NCBI GenBank assembly: GCA_964291415.2
Contig: OZ219917.1
Coordinates: 672,001 to 736,000, forward strand
Source: Alphaproteobacteria bacterium
GTDB lineage: Bacteria; Pseudomonadota; Alphaproteobacteria; SP197
Length of the DNA stretch: 64,000 nt
Reading direction: 5' to 3'
Positions 20,313 through 30,256 of the stretch are shown in pieces (the stretch's first letter is position 1; each line of letters begins with the position of its first letter). The notes below the pieces were generated by a model. That model saw nothing but the letters and a program-made list of their open reading frames with translations, was not told the origin of the DNA and did no database searches. Both the position numbers and the translations under genes were made by a program.

Positions 20313-21161
20313 GTGCCGAGCGTCAAGACAGGGTACGTTATCCTTCTCGGTTCGATCTTTGTCGTGTTCTTCGTCATGCCGGTCGGGTTCTTCCTGAGCG
20401 TCAGCGTTGCGCTCTATCTCGAACCCGGAATCTTCGACGATTCGTTCACGCTGGAGAACTACGCTCGGCTTGTTCGTGACGATTATGCTCTCGGCGTACT
20501 TACCGACACGCTGAGGATCAGCGCCTACGTCACCGTCCTGTGCCTGGTGCTCGGCTATCCCCTGGCGATGTTCATTGCGCGGGAGACGGGCTTCGTGCGC
20601 CGCGCAGTGATGATCGTGACCGTCGCCTCGCTGTTCACCAACCTGGTCGTCAGGACCTATGGATGGCTCGTCTTCCTGACGCCGCGGGGTCTCTTCAACA
20701 ACATGCTCCTGGATGCTGGACTGATCGAAAAGCCGTTGAGGCTGATGTTCAACGAGACCGGGGTCATCGTCGGGCTCGTCCAGATCATGCTGCCCATCCA
20801 AATCATTGTTCTCGCGGTGAGCCTGCAGGCCATTGACAAGGTGCTTGAGGACGCGGCCTCGATCGCCGGCGCCGGTAAGGTACGCATCTTCACGCGCATC
20901 ATCTGGCCGCTGAGCCTGCCAGGCGTCATCAGCGGGTCCATTCTTGTCTTCACGCTGTCGATGAGCAGCTTCATCACGCCCGAGTTTCTTGGCGGCGGCC
21001 GCGTGATGGTTCTGGGCACGCTGATTCGCCAACTGATGACACGCTCGCTCAACTATCCCTTCGCAGCGGCCGTCTCCGCAACGTTGCTGCTTCTGGCCAT
21101 TGCCATGCTCGTGAGTCTGGCATTCATCTCGCGGCGCGTGATGCGCCACCGCGCCTCGTAG
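20313..21161 (+). CDS. PotB-type ABC permease
   Basis: LGYPLA, VVRTYGW, EDAASIAGA, PLSLPG, FITPEFLGG. Confidence 0.9.
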   Translation: MPSVKTGYVILLGSIFVVFFVMPVGFFLSVSVALYLEPGIFDDSFTLENYARLVRDDYALGVLTDTLRISAYVTVLCLVLGYPLAMFIARETGFVRRAVMIVTVASLFTNLVVRTYGWLVFLTPRGLFNNMLLDAGLIEKPLRLMFNETGVIVGLVQIMLPIQIIVLAVSLQAIDKVLEDAASIAGAGKVRIFTRIIWPLSLPGVISGSILVFTLSMSSFITPEFLGGGRVMVLGTLIRQLMTRSLNYPFAAAVSATLLLLAIAMLVSLAFISRRVMRHRAS

Positions 21162-21167
21162 GCCGCG

Positions 21168-21977
21168 ATGAGACGCCTGGCACGCCTGTTCTATCTCGCT
21201 GTCATTGCGGTGATCAGCCTGTATCTGCTCTTGCCGACCCTTGTCGTTGCACTGGCTTCGGTGTCACCCACCGCCATGCTGAGCTTTCCGCCTTCGGGCT
21301 TCAGCCTCGAATGGTACGGCAACTTCCTTGCCCGGGACGAGTTTACCGAGTCCTTTGTCATCAGCGTTTTGCTTGCCGCCTTTGCGGCCCTGGTGTCGAC
21401 GGGGCTCGCGGTCGTCGCCGCAACGGGCCTGCGCCGTGTCCGCCGGCGCGCCCGTCAGTTCGTGGCCGGGCTGGCGCTCTTTCCCATCATCCTGCCAACC
21501 ATCGTCTACGGTCCCGCGCTCTTGCTGTTGTCGGGAAGCCTGGGGGCGACCCAGTCCATGTGGCTCACGCTGCTGGTGATTGCCGGCGCGCACCTCGTGC
21601 TGTCGCTGCCGTTCGCCGTCCAGATCTGCTTTACCAGCTACGACGATCTCGACCCTGCCATGGAAGAGGCCGCGGTCATCGCGGGCGCGGGCCACGGACG
21701 CGTTCTGCGCCGCATCGTGGTGCCCCTCCTGATCCCGGGCATCCTTGCCAGCCTGATGTTCGCGTTCCTGATATCCTTCGACGAGCCGGTCGTCTCGCTC
21801 TTCATGTCAAGGCACGATGTGGTGACGCTGCCGGTGCGAATTCTGACCTACATGCGGTTCCGACCGGATCCAACGATTGCCGCCATCTCGACCATCATGA
21901 GCCTGTTGGCCCTGTTGGCCATCATCGTTGTCGATCGTCAGATCGGGCTGGACCGCATCCTCGGTTTACGACGCTGA
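21168..21977 (+). CDS. PotC-type ABC permease
   Basis: FPPSGFSLEWY, EEAAVIAGA, ISFDE, TLPV, DPTIAA. Confidence 0.9.
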   Translation: MRRLARLFYLAVIAVISLYLLLPTLVVALASVSPTAMLSFPPSGFSLEWYGNFLARDEFTESFVISVLLAAFAALVSTGLAVVAATGLRRVRRRARQFVAGLALFPIILPTIVYGPALLLLSGSLGATQSMWLTLLVIAGAHLVLSLPFAVQICFTSYDDLDPAMEEAAVIAGAGHGRVLRRIVVPLLIPGILASLMFAFLISFDEPVVSLFMSRHDVVTLPVRILTYMRFRPDPTIAAISTIMSLLALLAIIVVDRQIGLDRILGLRR

Positions 21978-21997
21978 ATCCAGCGGGAGAACGAGAC

Positions 21998-24253
21998 ATG
22001 AGCAAGAAGATCATCGGCTACAGCGACGAGATCAGCGTGGAGCCCGGTGATGAGATCAACTTCATGGTGAGTTGCGATCCGTCGCTGGAGCAATATCACG
22101 CCGAGATCGTGCGCGTGATCTGCGGTGATACGCAGCCGGGAGCGCCGGGCATGAAGGAACGGCCGATCGAGACACCGGTCACGGGGACCTATGACGCGCG
22201 GTTCCAGGCAATCCACCCGGGATCTCATGTGCGCGTTCCGGACGCCGCCGTGCTCGACGGCCTGGAAGACTTCACCGTCCAGGCCATGGTCTTCGCTACA
22301 CGGACCGACATTCCCTGGCAGGGCCTCATCACGCGCTACGACACGGCACGCGAGGCGGGATTCGGGCTGTTCATCGACGACGAGGGACGGCTTGCCCTGG
22401 TGGTGGGCGACGGAACGGGAGAGTGCCAGTGCCTGTCGGCTCCCTCCCCCTTGCGTCAGCGACACTGGTACTTCGTGTCGGCAACGCTCAGTACGCGAGA
22501 CGGCAGGCTCGCGCTGCACCAGGAACTCCTGAAGAACTATGGCTACCGCGGCCGAACCCAGTTCGCCGAGGCGGCGATGCGTGTCTCGCCTGTGGCCGCC
22601 GCCGCGACCCCGCTTCTGTTCGGCGCTTCGTGCCGTGGCGACGATGCCGCCGGTTTCGTGCCGACCGGCGGCTTCAACGGACGGATCGAGCGACCCGCGA
22701 TCGCCAACCGCGTGCTTGAGAGAAGCGACATGGAAACCCTGCGGTCGGGCGACGTTCCGGGACACCTGATCGATACGGTGGTTGGCCTTTGGGACTTCGC
22801 GCGCGCGATCAACTCGAACGATGTCGTCGACCTTTCACCAAACCGCCTGCACGGCACGGCAGTCAACCTTCCCATGCGCGCGATGCGCGGCCACAACTGG
22901 GAGGGCGACGTCATGGACTGGCGTCTTGCGCCTGAGCAGTACGCCGCCATCCATTTCAACGACGATGCTGTCGGCGACTGTGAATGGGACGATGATTTCT
23001 CGTTCACCGTGCCGGGCGACCTCGCTAGCGGATGGTATGCAGCCAAGCTCGTCTCAGGCGACGCTGAAGACTACCTGCCGTTCTTCGTGCGTCCGCCGCG
23101 CGACACGACGACGGCCCGACTTCTCTTCCTGGTCCCGACAGCGAGCTATCTCGCCTATGCCAACTGGCGTTTCAACTTCGAAAGCCAGGGTGCGGAGATG
23201 CTGCTGAACCACATCGCACGCATGTGCGCCGAAGAACACTACATGATCGACCACCCTGAAGTCGGACACTCGACCTACGATCTGCACAACGACGGCTCGC
23301 CGGTCTGCTACACCTCGCGGCTGCGTCCGGTGCTCAACTTCCGCCCGAAACACACGTGGCTGGAGTGTTACAGTGCCGATCTCCACCTCGTGGACTGGCT
23401 TGAAGAGAGCGGCTTCGCGTTTGACGTCGCGACCGACGAGGACCTGCATGACGAAGGCGTGGGCCTCCTCTCCGACTACGCGTGCGTTATCACCGGCAGC
23501 CACCCCGAATACCTCTCGACAGCGATGTGGGATGCGATCTACGCCTACCAGCAACGCGGCGGGCGCCTGATGTACATGGGCGGCAACGGCTTTTTCTGGC
23601 GTGTCGCCTTCCATCCGGACATGCCCGGCATGATGGAAATGCGCCGAGGCGAGGACGGGCTGCGGTCCTGGGATCACGGCGTGGGCGAGTATCACCTCTC
23701 CTTCAACGGCGAAGCCGGGGGGCACTGGGCGCGCCTTGGACGCCCTCCCAATCTCCTGGCCGGCAACGGCTTCGTGTCGCAGGGCTTTGATTTTTCGTCC
23801 TACTACCGCCGGCAAGCGGCGAGCTTCGACCCCCGCGCCGCCTTCATCTTCGAGGGGATCGGCGAAAACGAGCTGATCGGGGATTTCGGGCTCCAGGGTG
23901 GAGGTGCCGCGGGCTGGGAGATCGACCGGTTCGATCATGACCTCGGCACCCCGCCGCACGCCCTGCGCCTGGCTTCGTCGGAAGGTCACACCCTGACCTA
24001 CACCCGATCGTCGAGCGATCTGCACGGCGTGAGCGATCCCACGACCGACGATCCGGCCAATCCGATGGTGCGGTCCGACCTGGTGTTCTACGAGACACCG
24101 AATGGCGGCGCGGTCTTTTCAACGGGTTCGATCGCCTGGTGCGGATCGCTGTGCCACAACGATTACCGGAACAACGTCTCGCGACTGACCGCCAACGTTC
24201 TCCAGCGCTTTCTTGATCCCGCCCCCTTCGAGATGCCGGACGAGGCAGTATGA
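21998..24253 (+). CDS. N,N-dimethylformamidase large (beta) subunit family protein, copy A
   Basis: GYSDEISV.PG, LamG-like insert (FNGRIERP, WDF), YAAIHF, SYLAYAN, STYD.H.DGS, RLRPVLN, GSHPEY, GGNGFFW, GWEIDR, GGAVFSTGSI; GGGAG RBS. Confidence 0.88.
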   Translation: MSKKIIGYSDEISVEPGDEINFMVSCDPSLEQYHAEIVRVICGDTQPGAPGMKERPIETPVTGTYDARFQAIHPGSHVRVPDAAVLDGLEDFTVQAMVFATRTDIPWQGLITRYDTAREAGFGLFIDDEGRLALVVGDGTGECQCLSAPSPLRQRHWYFVSATLSTRDGRLALHQELLKNYGYRGRTQFAEAAMRVSPVAAAATPLLFGASCRGDDAAGFVPTGGFNGRIERPAIANRVLERSDMETLRSGDVPGHLIDTVVGLWDFARAINSNDVVDLSPNRLHGTAVNLPMRAMRGHNWEGDVMDWRLAPEQYAAIHFNDDAVGDCEWDDDFSFTVPGDLASGWYAAKLVSGDAEDYLPFFVRPPRDTTTARLLFLVPTASYLAYANWRFNFESQGAEMLLNHIARMCAEEHYMIDHPEVGHSTYDLHNDGSPVCYTSRLRPVLNFRPKHTWLECYSADLHLVDWLEESGFAFDVATDEDLHDEGVGLLSDYACVITGSHPEYLSTAMWDAIYAYQQRGGRLMYMGGNGFFWRVAFHPDMPGMMEMRRGEDGLRSWDHGVGEYHLSFNGEAGGHWARLGRPPNLLAGNGFVSQGFDFSSYYRRQAASFDPRAAFIFEGIGENELIGDFGLQGGGAAGWEIDRFDHDLGTPPHALRLASSEGHTLTYTRSSSDLHGVSDPTTDDPANPMVRSDLVFYETPNGGAVFSTGSIAWCGSLCHNDYRNNVSRLTANVLQRFLDPAPFEMPDEAV

Positions 24254-25326
24254 CCATGACCGAGTTACTCGTCGCGCATTCCATCACAAAGCGCTTCGGT
24301 GAGGTGACGGCGCTCGACGACCTGTCGCTGACCGTCCACGAAGGCGAAATGGTCTCGCTTCTGGGTCCAAGCGGCTGCGGCAAGACGACACTCCTGCGGG
24401 TCATGGCAGGCTTCGTCGATCCCGATCGGGGCACGATCACGATCGGCGGCTCGGTCATGAACGACGTGCCCACCGAAAAACGCAATCTGGGCATGGTGTT
24501 TCAGAGCTACAGCCTGTGGCCCCACATGACGGTTGCACGCAATGTCGGATTCGGCCTGGAGTGCCGCGGCGCGCCCGCGCGCGACATCGAAGAACGCGTC
24601 GACCGGGTGCTCGATCTGGTTGACCTCGGCGACCTGGTTGACCGGTATCCCCGCCAGCTTTCGGGTGGTCAGCAGCAGCGCGTTGCGCTCGCGCGGGCCC
24701 TGGTCTACGAGCCTGCGATCCTGCTTCTGGACGAACCGCTCTCGGCCCTCGACCGCAAGCTGCGCGAGCGCATGCAGCGCGACCTCAGGGCCCTGCAACA
24801 GAAACTCTCGATCACGGCAGTCTTCGTGACCCACGACCAGGAGGAAGCCTTGATCCTCTCCGACCGGATCGCCGTGATGTCGGAAGGCGCCATTGTTCAG
24901 ATGGGCCAGCCGCGCGAGGTGTATGAGCAGCCCGAGAGCTCTTTTGTCGCGGATTTCGTTGGCCGGACCACGCGTTTCGAGGCAACCGTGACGTCATGCC
25001 GCGATCACGAGGTGGAGATCGCAACCCGGAGCGGGCTGAAGCTGGGAGGCTATTCACCGGTCGCCCGGTCATCGGGAGACCGCGTGACCGCCGTGATTCG
25101 CCCCGAAATGATCTCGATCCTGCCCTCTGAGCCCGAACACAACGGGCACGAGGGCACGATCGAAGAAGTGTCGTATGTCGGGCCGATTACCTATTTCGCC
25201 TGTCGCCTTGCGCAGGGTGATCCAGTGGTCGTGGCGCGCATGAACAGCGAGCCGGGGTGTGATCCTCTAGAAGCGGGCCAGCCCTGCCGGCTCAGTTGGA
25301 TGTCCCAGTACCTCGTTGTCATATAG
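24250..25326 (+). CDS. PotA-type ABC transporter ATP-binding protein
   Basis: GPSGCGKTT, LSGGQQQRVALARA, LLDEPLSALD; ATGA overlap with the preceding gene. Confidence 0.92.
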   Translation: MTMTELLVAHSITKRFGEVTALDDLSLTVHEGEMVSLLGPSGCGKTTLLRVMAGFVDPDRGTITIGGSVMNDVPTEKRNLGMVFQSYSLWPHMTVARNVGFGLECRGAPARDIEERVDRVLDLVDLGDLVDRYPRQLSGGQQQRVALARALVYEPAILLLDEPLSALDRKLRERMQRDLRALQQKLSITAVFVTHDQEEALILSDRIAVMSEGAIVQMGQPREVYEQPESSFVADFVGRTTRFEATVTSCRDHEVEIATRSGLKLGGYSPVARSSGDRVTAVIRPEMISILPSEPEHNGHEGTIEEVSYVGPITYFACRLAQGDPVVVARMNSEPGCDPLEAGQPCRLSWMSQYLVVI

Positions 25327-25556
25327 CTGCGCCGCGAGTTTGGGGAGCAATCGCTCGGCACGGGCTCCCGGACTCCTTGAGCGTGCCCAAGACTCACAAA
25401 GGCGATCTCCAGTTCGGGCATGCAGAACCTGAAATTCGTCTCTCTCGCACTCGAACTCTTGAACATGATCCGCCTCCCTGGCGCGGTGACGCGACCGCAG
25501 CATGCGTGACAAGACCGACCGTTGAATGGAAAGCGGGGCGCGACAGGAGGACAGGA

Positions 25557-26906
25557 TCAACCGCGTACGAGCATGTTCCGCAACATCCCTCCGCCGTATC
25601 GACGGTAGAGCGCGAGTTTGCGGAAGGCCGGGAGCGGGAAGGGTCTCAGCGGCTGGGTCATGGTCGCCGGCAGGGCGCGGTTGGAACGGCCCGAGATCAA
25701 GCCTGCCACAGCCCGGCCGGACCATGTCGCCATGGCCACTCCGTTGCCGTGATAGGCCAGACTGTAGAAGACGCCGGGATCGTCCGGGATCGCACCGACG
25801 TGGGTCAGCCTGTCCTTCGACAGGCAGACGAAGCCGCGCCAGCAATGCTCGACCTCCACGTCCCGCCATTCCGGCCACACCTCAGCAATTCGCCTGGTCA
25901 GGAAGGAACGCCAGCGCTCTTTCGATGCGGGACTGCCGGTCGTGCCGCCGGCTCCGCCCATGTGGATGCGCCTGTCCGGCAGGACACGAAAGTAGGCGAA
26001 CAGGGGCCTCTTGTCATAGAGCGGCATGCCGGCCTGGAAGCGGTGGCGCGCAAGCTCGTCGTCGGTCAGCGGCCGCGTGGCGACGATCTCGGAGATGGCC
26101 GGCAGCAGGCAGCCGTCCACGGCCGGATGCAGACCATCGCGGGTGAACCCGTTGGTCGCTATCAGAACCTTGCGCGCCATCACCGAGCCACGGTGCGTCT
26201 CCAGCCGGTGCAGGCCGTTCTCGCGCCGCCAACGCAGGACCGGGCTTTCGCCGTGAATTGTCGCGCCGTGTCTCTGGGCGAGCCGTGCGAGACCCCGGGC
26301 ATACTTGAGAGGATGGAGGCCAAAGCCGAAGGGAAAGAGCATGCCGCCCGCGATGTTGGGGGCATCGAACATGCGCTCCCGCATGGCGCGATCGCTCAGC
26401 ATCTCGCAGTCGAATCCGCCCAGGCGCTTCCACATGGCGGTTTCGTCCCGGAGCTCGGCCAGCGCCTTCCCGTCGTGCGCGACACAGAGCTCTCCCTGGC
26501 CCTGCATGTCGATATCGAGTCCGTTGGTGGCCGCGAGATCGTGGACAAGGTCGATTGCCTCCCGCTGGACGGCGATGTTCTGCCGGGCGGTTTCCTCGCC
26601 GAAACGGTCCTCGATTTCGGTGGGATCGAGACCTGCGCCGCCGAAGCAGCAGTGCCCGCCGTTGCGGCCTGAAGCGCCCCAGCCGGGCGCCACCGCCTCG
26701 ATGACCCTGACGGCGATCTCTTCGTCGCGGGCGAGGTGGAGAGCTGCCGAGAGGCCGGTGAAACCACCGCCGACAACGGCGACGTCGCAGTCGACGTCGC
26801 CCTCGACCGGTTCGCAGTCGGCCACGGGCTCACCGGCGCTCGCCTCCCAGTAGCTGTCCAGCGGGCGGGCGGGGTCGTACATCGCGTCGTGATAGAGCCT
26901 GGTCAT
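25557..26906 (-). CDS. FAD-dependent oxidoreductase (PuuB/DadA-like amine oxidase)
   Basis: SYWEASA, VVGGGFTGLSAA, GWGASGRNGG, HPLKYARGLA, ATNGF, YHGNGV; true start at MTRLYHD. Confidence 0.85.
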   Translation of the reverse strand: MTRLYHDAMYDPARPLDSYWEASAGEPVADCEPVEGDVDCDVAVVGGGFTGLSAALHLARDEEIAVRVIEAVAPGWGASGRNGGHCCFGGAGLDPTEIEDRFGEETARQNIAVQREAIDLVHDLAATNGLDIDMQGQGELCVAHDGKALAELRDETAMWKRLGGFDCEMLSDRAMRERMFDAPNIAGGMLFPFGFGLHPLKYARGLARLAQRHGATIHGESPVLRWRRENGLHRLETHRGSVMARKVLIATNGFTRDGLHPAVDGCLLPAISEIVATRPLTDDELARHRFQAGMPLYDKRPLFAYFRVLPDRRIHMGGAGGTTGSPASKERWRSFLTRRIAEVWPEWRDVEVEHCWRGFVCLSKDRLTHVGAIPDDPGVFYSLAYHGNGVAMATWSGRAVAGLISGRSNRALPATMTQPLRPFPLPAFRKLALYRRYGGGMLRNMLVRG

Positions 26907-27205
26907 GACCTGGAGTGCGCCAGGCGGATCGATCCCGCCACGTGACAGTTGATCGGGTGGCCGAGCGCTGCGGCGAGGCCGCGTTCGAGTTCGGCCGAGG
27001 AGTGCAGCAAGTTCATGAACGACCGGCCGACCGGGAACGTCACCACGTTGCGAGCCGCATGCCAGGTCGAACCGGCGGTCAGCTCGCTCTTCTCGACCGG
27101 CAGGCAGTCGGCCAAGCGGGCGCACCCCAGGTGGTGGAGCCATGATACTCCGGCATCGCCCCCGCCGCTGACTGCCACCCGAGAGGTTCCCGGCAAGTCC
27201 GCCAT
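26903..27205 (-). pseudogene. Truncated, degenerate duplicate of the 5' end of the GcvT-domain gene at 16043-18496
   Basis: MADLPGTSRV..ELTAGSTWHAA..HVAGSIRLAHS matches residues 1-100; the GxGxxG is mutated (GGGDAG); about 65 nt of upstream DNA is also duplicated. Confidence 0.88.
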
Positions 27206-27671
27206 CGCCACTCCATCATCATCGGCGCCGGCCCGCAGTCTATCGACGGAGTGCATGCAGCGACAGGCGCCGACCCAGGCTGATGCCATCAGTTTCCGGG
27301 ATGTGTCTCGGTGTCCAGGCGCCCCAAGGAAGTGTCAGAATCACCCATGTCCCGTTTCAGGCGAACGGCTTCGCTCCTTCGTCCGCGGCAGCCTCGTTCA
27401 GGCGCCGGTCCGAGCTCACCAGGGCGTCTGGGCCGACGAGAGCGCGGCCTGATTTCCGCCGGCCCCGGGGAATCCTTCCCCGGGGTCAGATCCCGGATGG
27501 GGCGCCGGAGCCGATCGGATCATGACACTCCCCGAGGTGCGCATGACCGTTCCGTCGGTCCGCCTGGGCGTCAGGGGCAGCATCCTCGACCCGTCTGCGG
27601 CGCACGGGTTGCTTCCTGCACGTGACCGTGCGACGACCGCCCATGCCCGGCCACCCCTGACGGAGCAGGAC

Positions 27672-28556
27672 ATGATCGATCTCAGTTCTCCCTCCTATCC
27701 CGACCTCGCCTTCCGGACGCTGCCGGACTTCGCGTGGCCAGGCGGGGCCACCTGCGGCGTGATCATCGCCTGGCACGTCGATGGCGAGGCGGGGCCGATG
27801 GCCTCGGACCGCAGCGTGGTGAACCACGTCGCGGCCATCTCCGAGGCCGCCTACGGGCTGACGGCGGCGATGCCGCGCATCCTCGAGCTCCACCGCGACC
27901 TCGGGATCCCGGGAACCTTCTTCGTTCCGGCCCACGTGGCCGAGCGCCATCCGGCGGTCATGGAGGCCATCATTGGCGACGGACACGAGATCGCCCACCA
28001 TGGCTACATGCACGAGAACGTCTACGGTCTGGGAGAGGCCGACGAACGCGCCCTCTTCGCCCATGCGTCGGAAATCCTGCAGCGCATCGCCGGCCGGCGA
28101 CCCAGGGGCTGGAGCGCGCCGGGCTGGGGGGTGAGCGAACAGACCCTGTCGATCATGGCCTCCATGGGCATGGCCTACGATGCCAGCCTGATGGAGCGCG
28201 ACGTGCCCCACATGGTGGACACCCGGGCGGGCACGCTCGTCGAGCTGCCGATCTCCATGGTGCTGGACGACTGGGCGCTGTTCGGTTCCTCGCTCGTGGG
28301 CGGGGGCGCCAGCAGCCTGACGAGCGCCGCGCAGGCCGAAGTCGTCTGGCGCGAGGAGTTCGACGGTCTGCGCCGGTTCGGCGGTCTCTTTCAGACCACG
28401 TTTCATCCCAACCTGATGGGCCGGCCGGGCCGGCTCGTCATGCTGGAGCGCCTTCTGCAGGGCATGCGGGCATGCGACGGCGTGTGGTGGGGCACCTGCG
28501 AAGAGGCGGCGGATCACGTGCGAAGGCTTGATGTCGCAGAGCGAACCGGAGCGTGA
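27672..28556 (+). CDS. Polysaccharide deacetylase family protein (PuuE/HpPgdA-like CE4)
   Basis: WPGG, YG...MPRIL, GTFFVP, GHEIAHHGYMHE, GWSAP, YDASLM, LDDW, FHPNLMGRPGR. Confidence 0.85.
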   Translation: MIDLSSPSYPDLAFRTLPDFAWPGGATCGVIIAWHVDGEAGPMASDRSVVNHVAAISEAAYGLTAAMPRILELHRDLGIPGTFFVPAHVAERHPAVMEAIIGDGHEIAHHGYMHENVYGLGEADERALFAHASEILQRIAGRRPRGWSAPGWGVSEQTLSIMASMGMAYDASLMERDVPHMVDTRAGTLVELPISMVLDDWALFGSSLVGGGASSLTSAAQAEVVWREEFDGLRRFGGLFQTTFHPNLMGRPGRLVMLERLLQGMRACDGVWWGTCEEAADHVRRLDVAERTGA

Positions 28557-28616
28557 TGCGATCCTGTGGGCCACCCACACGGTGCATGCAATGGACGGAA
28601 CAATGCGAGGCAGACC

Positions 28617-29060
28617 ATGAACGAGCTGATCGATTTCCTTGTGACGGCCCGGCGCGAGACCTACGCGATTCCGGACGGCACCGACGTCGGGGACGGAACC
28701 TCGCACATGGTCTTCGACTCCGGAAACTGGCGGTACCGCGACCGCTACGCAGGATCCAACCCCTATGGCGGGCACGAGATCGTGTGGCGTGACGGCGCAG
28801 TCGTCTGGATGCAGAACTACATGGCGGAGATTGTCTCGGACCTCAGGCCCATGGACGAGATCTACAGTTTCCAGCGCGAGGTGCTGGGGCAGCCCGACCG
28901 CGACCACCTGATGCGCGGCCCGGCGCAACTCGCCCGCGGTTCATACCGCTACGTCAACGACGTCGAAGGCACCCTCGCCCGCTTCAGCGGAACCGAGACC
29001 ATCACCCATGACGGCACACCCGTCTACCGCATGATCTTCCATGGCGGCATCGTCGGCTGA
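28617..29060 (+). CDS. DUF5680-like protein
   Basis: FLVTARRETYA, YRDRYAG, GHEIV, VWMQNY, RGP, F.G.E.I, FHGG pattern recalled from the family. Confidence 0.65.
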   Translation: MNELIDFLVTARRETYAIPDGTDVGDGTSHMVFDSGNWRYRDRYAGSNPYGGHEIVWRDGAVVWMQNYMAEIVSDLRPMDEIYSFQREVLGQPDRDHLMRGPAQLARGSYRYVNDVEGTLARFSGTETITHDGTPVYRMIFHGGIVG

Positions 29061-29266
29061 CGGTCCCCGGAAAGCGCGCGGCACGGTCGTTCAGGTCGCC
29101 GGGTGACGCGTCCTGGTCGAGAACACCGGGCAGCACACGGTGACCACGCGGCCTGCAGGCGCCCCCATGTCATCATCGGTCCTGTCCTGACGCCGGGATG
29201 CGGTCCCGTCTCGACAGGCGCGGCGCCCGGATGTAAGTGTGCTCTGCATCAAGCGGGGTAGAAGCG

Positions 29267-30247
29267 ATGACCGGGCCAGAAATGTCCAGAGGCGACCACG
29301 CGATCACGGCGAGTGACCTGAAGACCTTCCCCGACGAAATCACCTACGCCGGCGTGACGAGTTTCCTGAGGCGGCCCTACCGCAAGGACCTCGGCGACGT
29401 CGATGTCGCCGTGCTTGGCGTTCCCTTCGACACGGCGACGACCAACCGTCCGGGCACCCGCTTCGGTCCCCGCGGAATCCGCGCCGCATCGACCGGGCTG
29501 GCCTTCGAAAGACGGGTCTATGGCTGGGACTTTCATCCCGTGGCCGAAATGAGGATCGCCGATCACGGGGATCTCCCCTTCGACTTCTCCATACCGGCCA
29601 CCATTCCGGAGACCATCGAGAACTATGTCGCGTGGATGCTGGAACAGGATGTCATGGTGCTGTCGCTGGGAGGCGATCACTTCATCACGTGGCCCCTTCT
29701 GAAGGCCCACGCGAAGCGCCACGGCCGGCCGCTGTCGCTCATCCATTTCGACGCCCATTCCGACACCTGGCCCGACGAGCACGAGGACGGCGTCAATCAC
29801 GGCACCATGTTCTGGCACGCCACCCGCCAGGGCTATGTCGACCCTGAGACATCGGTGCAGATCGGGCTGAGAACCCCCAATCCCGACACCATGGGATTCA
29901 ACATCTTCGATGCCCCTTTCGTTCACCGTCACGGCACCGATGCGGTCATCGAGGAGGTGCGTCGCATCGTCGGCGACCGGAAGGCCTATCTTACCTTCGA
30001 CATCGATTGCCTCGATCCGGCCTTTGCCCCGGGAACGGGGACACCGGTCTGCGGCGGTCTCACATCCCACCAGGCCCGTGAAATCCTGCGGGGCCTGTCG
30101 GGACTTTCGGTGATCGGCGCCGATCTCGTGGAGGTGGCGCCGATCTACGATGTCGGGGAGATCACGGCGCTGGCCGGGGCCACGCTGGCTCAGGATTTCC
30201 TCTGCCTCATGGCCCGCTCGCCGGCGCTCCGGTCGTCTTCCGGCTGA
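29267..30247 (+). CDS. speB: Agmatinase (ureohydrolase family)
   Basis: GVPFD, RPGTRFGP, GGDH, DAHSD, DIDCLDPAFAPGTGTP, EVAP. Confidence 0.88.
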   Translation: MTGPEMSRGDHAITASDLKTFPDEITYAGVTSFLRRPYRKDLGDVDVAVLGVPFDTATTNRPGTRFGPRGIRAASTGLAFERRVYGWDFHPVAEMRIADHGDLPFDFSIPATIPETIENYVAWMLEQDVMVLSLGGDHFITWPLLKAHAKRHGRPLSLIHFDAHSDTWPDEHEDGVNHGTMFWHATRQGYVDPETSVQIGLRTPNPDTMGFNIFDAPFVHRHGTDAVIEEVRRIVGDRKAYLTFDIDCLDPAFAPGTGTPVCGGLTSHQAREILRGLSGLSVIGADLVEVAPIYDVGEITALAGATLAQDFLCLMARSPALRSSSG

Positions 30248-30256
30248 ACACGTCTC

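Noticed and set aside
21311-24253. 980-aa ORF with an Arg-rich N-terminus
   Set aside because: The extension is an alternate frame of the permease; the true start is 21998
26907-27143. N-terminal extension of the PuuB-like oxidase (528-aa call)
   Set aside because: It is an off-frame read of the duplicated GcvT-type stub
27463-27485. CCCCGGGGAA/TTCCCCGGGG hairpin as a mobile-element end or REP
   Set aside because: Single copy, with no target duplication or transposase
29061-29266. Guanidine riboswitch upstream of the ureohydrolase
   Set aside because: No tandem ACGR-loop hairpins or ykkC consensus recognisable by eye; an Infernal scan would settle it
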